A stretch of 64,000 bases of DNA from Chrysemys picta bellii (taxonomy: Eukaryota): positions 20,398,001 through 20,462,000 of the forward strand of contig NC_088803.1 of assembly GCF_011386835.1 (NCBI RefSeq). The letters are read 5' to 3'. The number at the start of each line of letters is the position of its first letter. Positions within the stretch are counted from its first letter, which is position 1. The notes beneath the pieces were generated by a model. It had not been told where the DNA came from and searched no databases. It was given only the letters and a program-made list of their open reading frames with translations. This document shows, in pieces, positions 61,059-64,000 of this stretch. Made by a program: the position numbers and the translations under genes.

Positions 61059-61990
61059 ATGGAGAACCAGACAGAAGTGAGCGATTTTGTCCTCTTAGGC
61101 CTGACCAATCTCCAGGGGCTGAAGAACTTCCTCTTCCCTTTCTTCCTCCTGCTCTACATAGCCAATGTGTTGGGTAACGGGGCCATTATAGTCATGGTAA
61201 TAGCCGAGTCCCAGCTCCACACCCCATGTACTATATCCTGGGCAACCTCTCCAGCCTGGTCATCTGCTTTTCCACGGTTGCTGTGCCCAAGATGCTGTCT
61301 GGTTTCCTGTCTGAGAAACAAACCATAACCTTTGCCAGCTGCTTGGCACAGCTCCACTTTTTCCACCTCTTCGGCAGCAGTGAGGCCATGCTGCTGGCTG
61401 TCATGGCCTATGACCACTACGTAGCCATCTGCAAGCCACTGCACTACAAGCTGGTCATGAGCCCACAGACCTGCCTGTTCCTGGCAGCAGCCACCTGGTC
61501 CACTGGCTTCCTGCATGCGCTGATGGCCACAGTGGTGACCTCCGACCTGCATTTCTGTGGCTCCTACCTCGTCCACCACTTCATCTGTGACATCAAGCCC
61601 CTGCTGAGCCTTGCCTGTGGCAGCACCCGCCTCAAGCTGACCCTGCTCAATATCGATGTCCTTGGTCTGAGTTCCTTCGTCCTCATGCTCTTCTCCTACA
61701 TCTACATCATCTCCTTCCTCCTCCTTAAGGTCCACTCGTGGGAGAGTAGGAAAAAGGCCTTCTTCACCTGTGCATCCCACCTCACCATGGTGTTTCTTTT
61801 ATATATGCCATCCATTAGCAATTACATGATTTTCTTTCCCAGTTTCCCCTGTGAAAGAGACATGATACCCACCCTCATGTACTGCATCGTCACCCCAGTT
61901 CTGAACCCCCGATCTACACCCTGAAAAATAAGGAGGTAAAATCCACCCTGAAGGAATTCCTAAACAGAAAACTTTTACCTGAAAGGATTT
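61059..61990 (+). pseudogene. OR12D-like pseudogene (paralogue of 54672)
   Basis: 1-bp deletion in the LHTP codons (~61222; ACACCCCATG vs ACACCCCCATG), 9-bp in-frame deletion near 61655, 1-bp deletion in NPLIY (~61911), DRY>DHY; the 3' flank resembles that of the 54672 gene. Confidence 0.93.
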
Positions 61991-62003
61991 GAGTTAAATG
62001 AAG

Positions 62004-62435
62004 GTTTCAGAGTAGCAGCCGTGTTAGTCTGTATCCGCAAAAAGAACAGGAGTACTTGTGGCACCTTAGAGACTAACAATTTTATTTGAGCATAAGCTTT
62101 TGTGGGCTACAGCCCACTTCATTGGATGCACAGAATGGAACATATATTGAGGAGATATATATACACATACAGAGCGCATGAAAAGGTGGGAGTTGTCTTA
62201 CCAACTCTGAGAGGCCAATTAAGTAAGAGGGGAAAAAAAACTTTTGAAGTGTTAATCAATATAGCCCAGTACAGACAGTTTGATAAGAAGTGTGACAATA
62301 CTTACAATGGTTGTAATGGCTCAGCCATTCCCAGTCTCTCTTTAAGCCTAAGTTGATTGTATCTAATTTGCATATCAATTCAAGCTCAGCAGTTTCTCGT
62401 TGGAGTCTGTTTTTGAAGCTTTTTTGTTGCAAAAT
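62004..62435 (+). mobile_element. Penelope-like element fragment
   Basis: GTTTCAGAGTAGCAGCCGTGTTAGTCTGTATCCGC head inserted immediately 3' of the 61059 pseudogene. Confidence 0.75.
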
Positions 62436-62739
62436 TCAATGACAGACCTGTGGGTGGCAATTTTGGGGCGGTCTCCCGTCACTGTAAAAAAAAAAAAAAT
62501 TCTAGCTACAGAAACTACCTACCTTGCAAAAGAGGGCTGTAACCGCCACTCTATAGAATCATTCTAGTGCTGTCTTTCCCTTTCTCTCTCACACCCTGTC
62601 CTGACTTATTTAATCCGAAGTAGAACAGTTTCAACAGGAGAGATTGAGGGAGCCCCACTTCAGAATAATGCATAGCCCAATGGTAGACGATGCACCAAAG
62701 ATGTGGGACATCCCTGTTCAAATCCTTTCTCCCCCTCAT

Positions 62740-62805
62740 GTGGCTGAGGGACTAGAACCTGGGTTTCCCACATCCCAGGTGAGTCTTGTAACCACTGGGC
62801 TAAAA
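62740..62805 (-). mobile_element. tRNA-derived SINE head
   Basis: Minus strand TAGCCCAGTGG (A box) ... GGTTCTAGTCCC (B box). Confidence 0.5.
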
Positions 62806-63174
62806 GTTATGAGGGAGGTTCCCCTGCAGGCCCGTTTTGTGTGAGTTCACCTACAGGGGCCTGAGTTCTGATCATGGCTGGATGCAGTTCACCTGCCAAA
62901 AGGAAGAAACATTATGTGTGCAGGGAACTTTGACTGCAAGAACTTGGGCACCAAATTTAGGCACATCCAGGGTTTGGAGGGGGGATTGTGAATCCCAGTG
63001 TGGCCTGTTTCTGGGATTTAGGTGCCCAAAGTGTCAGGTAGATGTCTAAACCCCTTTGAGTGTCTAGCGTCAGATGCTTGACATGATTAATTTTAATAAC
63101 AAGGTGGAAGGATCTCAGTACAAAGCAGGAAAAGAATACATTAAATAATAGTTTGGTAAGTTGCATGCATTGAA

Positions 63175-63935
63175 GGCCTTGTCTACACTTGCAAGTTAGA
63201 GCACATTAAATCAGCCCTGGGCACCCTAACTCCTGAGGTGTCCACACTGCCAAGGCACTTAGCCTGGACTATGTGGCTGGAGCACCCCTGGTAATCTACC
63301 TCCACGAGAAGCATAGAGCTTTCTGCGCCCAGGCTGAACTGCTAGGGTGTCAGTGTGGACAATGTGTTGCATTACTGCACTATGATTGGTCTCCAGAAAT
63401 GTCCCATAATCCCTTGAAGTCAAGTGGCCACTCTCCTCATTGTTTTGAACTCCGCAGCAGGCATGCAGATATCCCCTTTCAAACCTCCATTTCTGACAGC
63501 CGGCATGCTTATCTGCTCCGGGACACAAAGCAAATCATTATTGTGGAATGCTCCTGCTGCAGAGGCAGGCATTTGTGCGTGTGTGTGTGAGAGAGAGGTG
63601 GGGCTGATGTTGGGTTTCCCCCTTCCCCCTGCCGCTGTCTAAACGTACAAGACAGCATGCTGACACACTCTGCCCCCCAAAACACACTGTTGTCTCTCCC
63701 CCCACATACACACAACATACTCCCTGTCACACTCCACCCCACCATTTGAAAAGCAGCTGGCAATCTAGTAGGATGCCCTGGAACAATGGCATTGGGAAAC
63801 CTGCATCATGTGATGCTGTGCCTGCCCCATTAGGCATTGCAAACCCTTTCCAAAGTACACTGCAGCCACTTGCACACTGGGATAGCTACCACAATGCACT
63901 GCTTTCTATGGCGTTGCAAGAGCTACTAATTTCTG
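63175..63935 (+). mobile_element. Harbinger-type element, 5' part
   Basis: GGCCTTGTCTACACT TIR at 63175; no right TIR seen before a hAT terminus at ~63940. Confidence 0.55.
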
Positions 63936-64000
63936 AAACCCGATGCGGCCCTCAGGCCAAAAAAGTTTGCCCACCCCTGGGCTAGACACACCTGTCATGA

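Noticed and set aside
61154-61780. 208-aa minus-strand ORF
   Set aside because: Antisense to a GC3-rich OR pseudogene, which commonly leaves the opposite strand open.
62740-62805. tRNA gene
   Set aside because: A and B boxes are present but no cloverleaf or acceptor stem; SINE head.

Overview
Vertebrate genomic DNA, almost certainly a turtle: it carries PsCR1-type CR1 LINEs with (ATTCTATG)n tails, Harbinger/hAT MITEs and Penelope elements of the kinds seen in turtles. The window is an olfactory receptor (OR) cluster in birth-and-death evolution. It holds 4 apparently intact single-exon OR ORFs (two OR11A-like at 1215 and 5373 on +; two OR12D-like at 29993 on - and 54672 on +), 4 OR pseudogenes (13487, 24491, 47311, 61059) and a 53-bp OR12D 3' stub at 11518-11570. 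Bases <=1..11570 are tandemly duplicated at ~12680..29104. Both OR11A-like genes in the second copy are dead, and the two copies differ by filled/empty transposon sites with exact target-site duplications. Notable elements: a full-length CR1 with only 3 visible lesions nested in a hAT MITE; a Gypsy remnant whose RNase H runs straight into the 3' LTR (Gmr1-type domain order) and is fused in frame to a CR1 RT; a perfect 64-bp-arm palindrome at a CR1 3' end; and a thrice-repeated module with homeodomain + O/E(EBF)-like motifs that looks like the OR11A-like promoter. OR11A-like next to OR12D-like suggests homology to the mammalian MHC-linked OR cluster (inference). I found no wholly new biological system. 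Family assignments rest on motif recognition by eye, not database searches.
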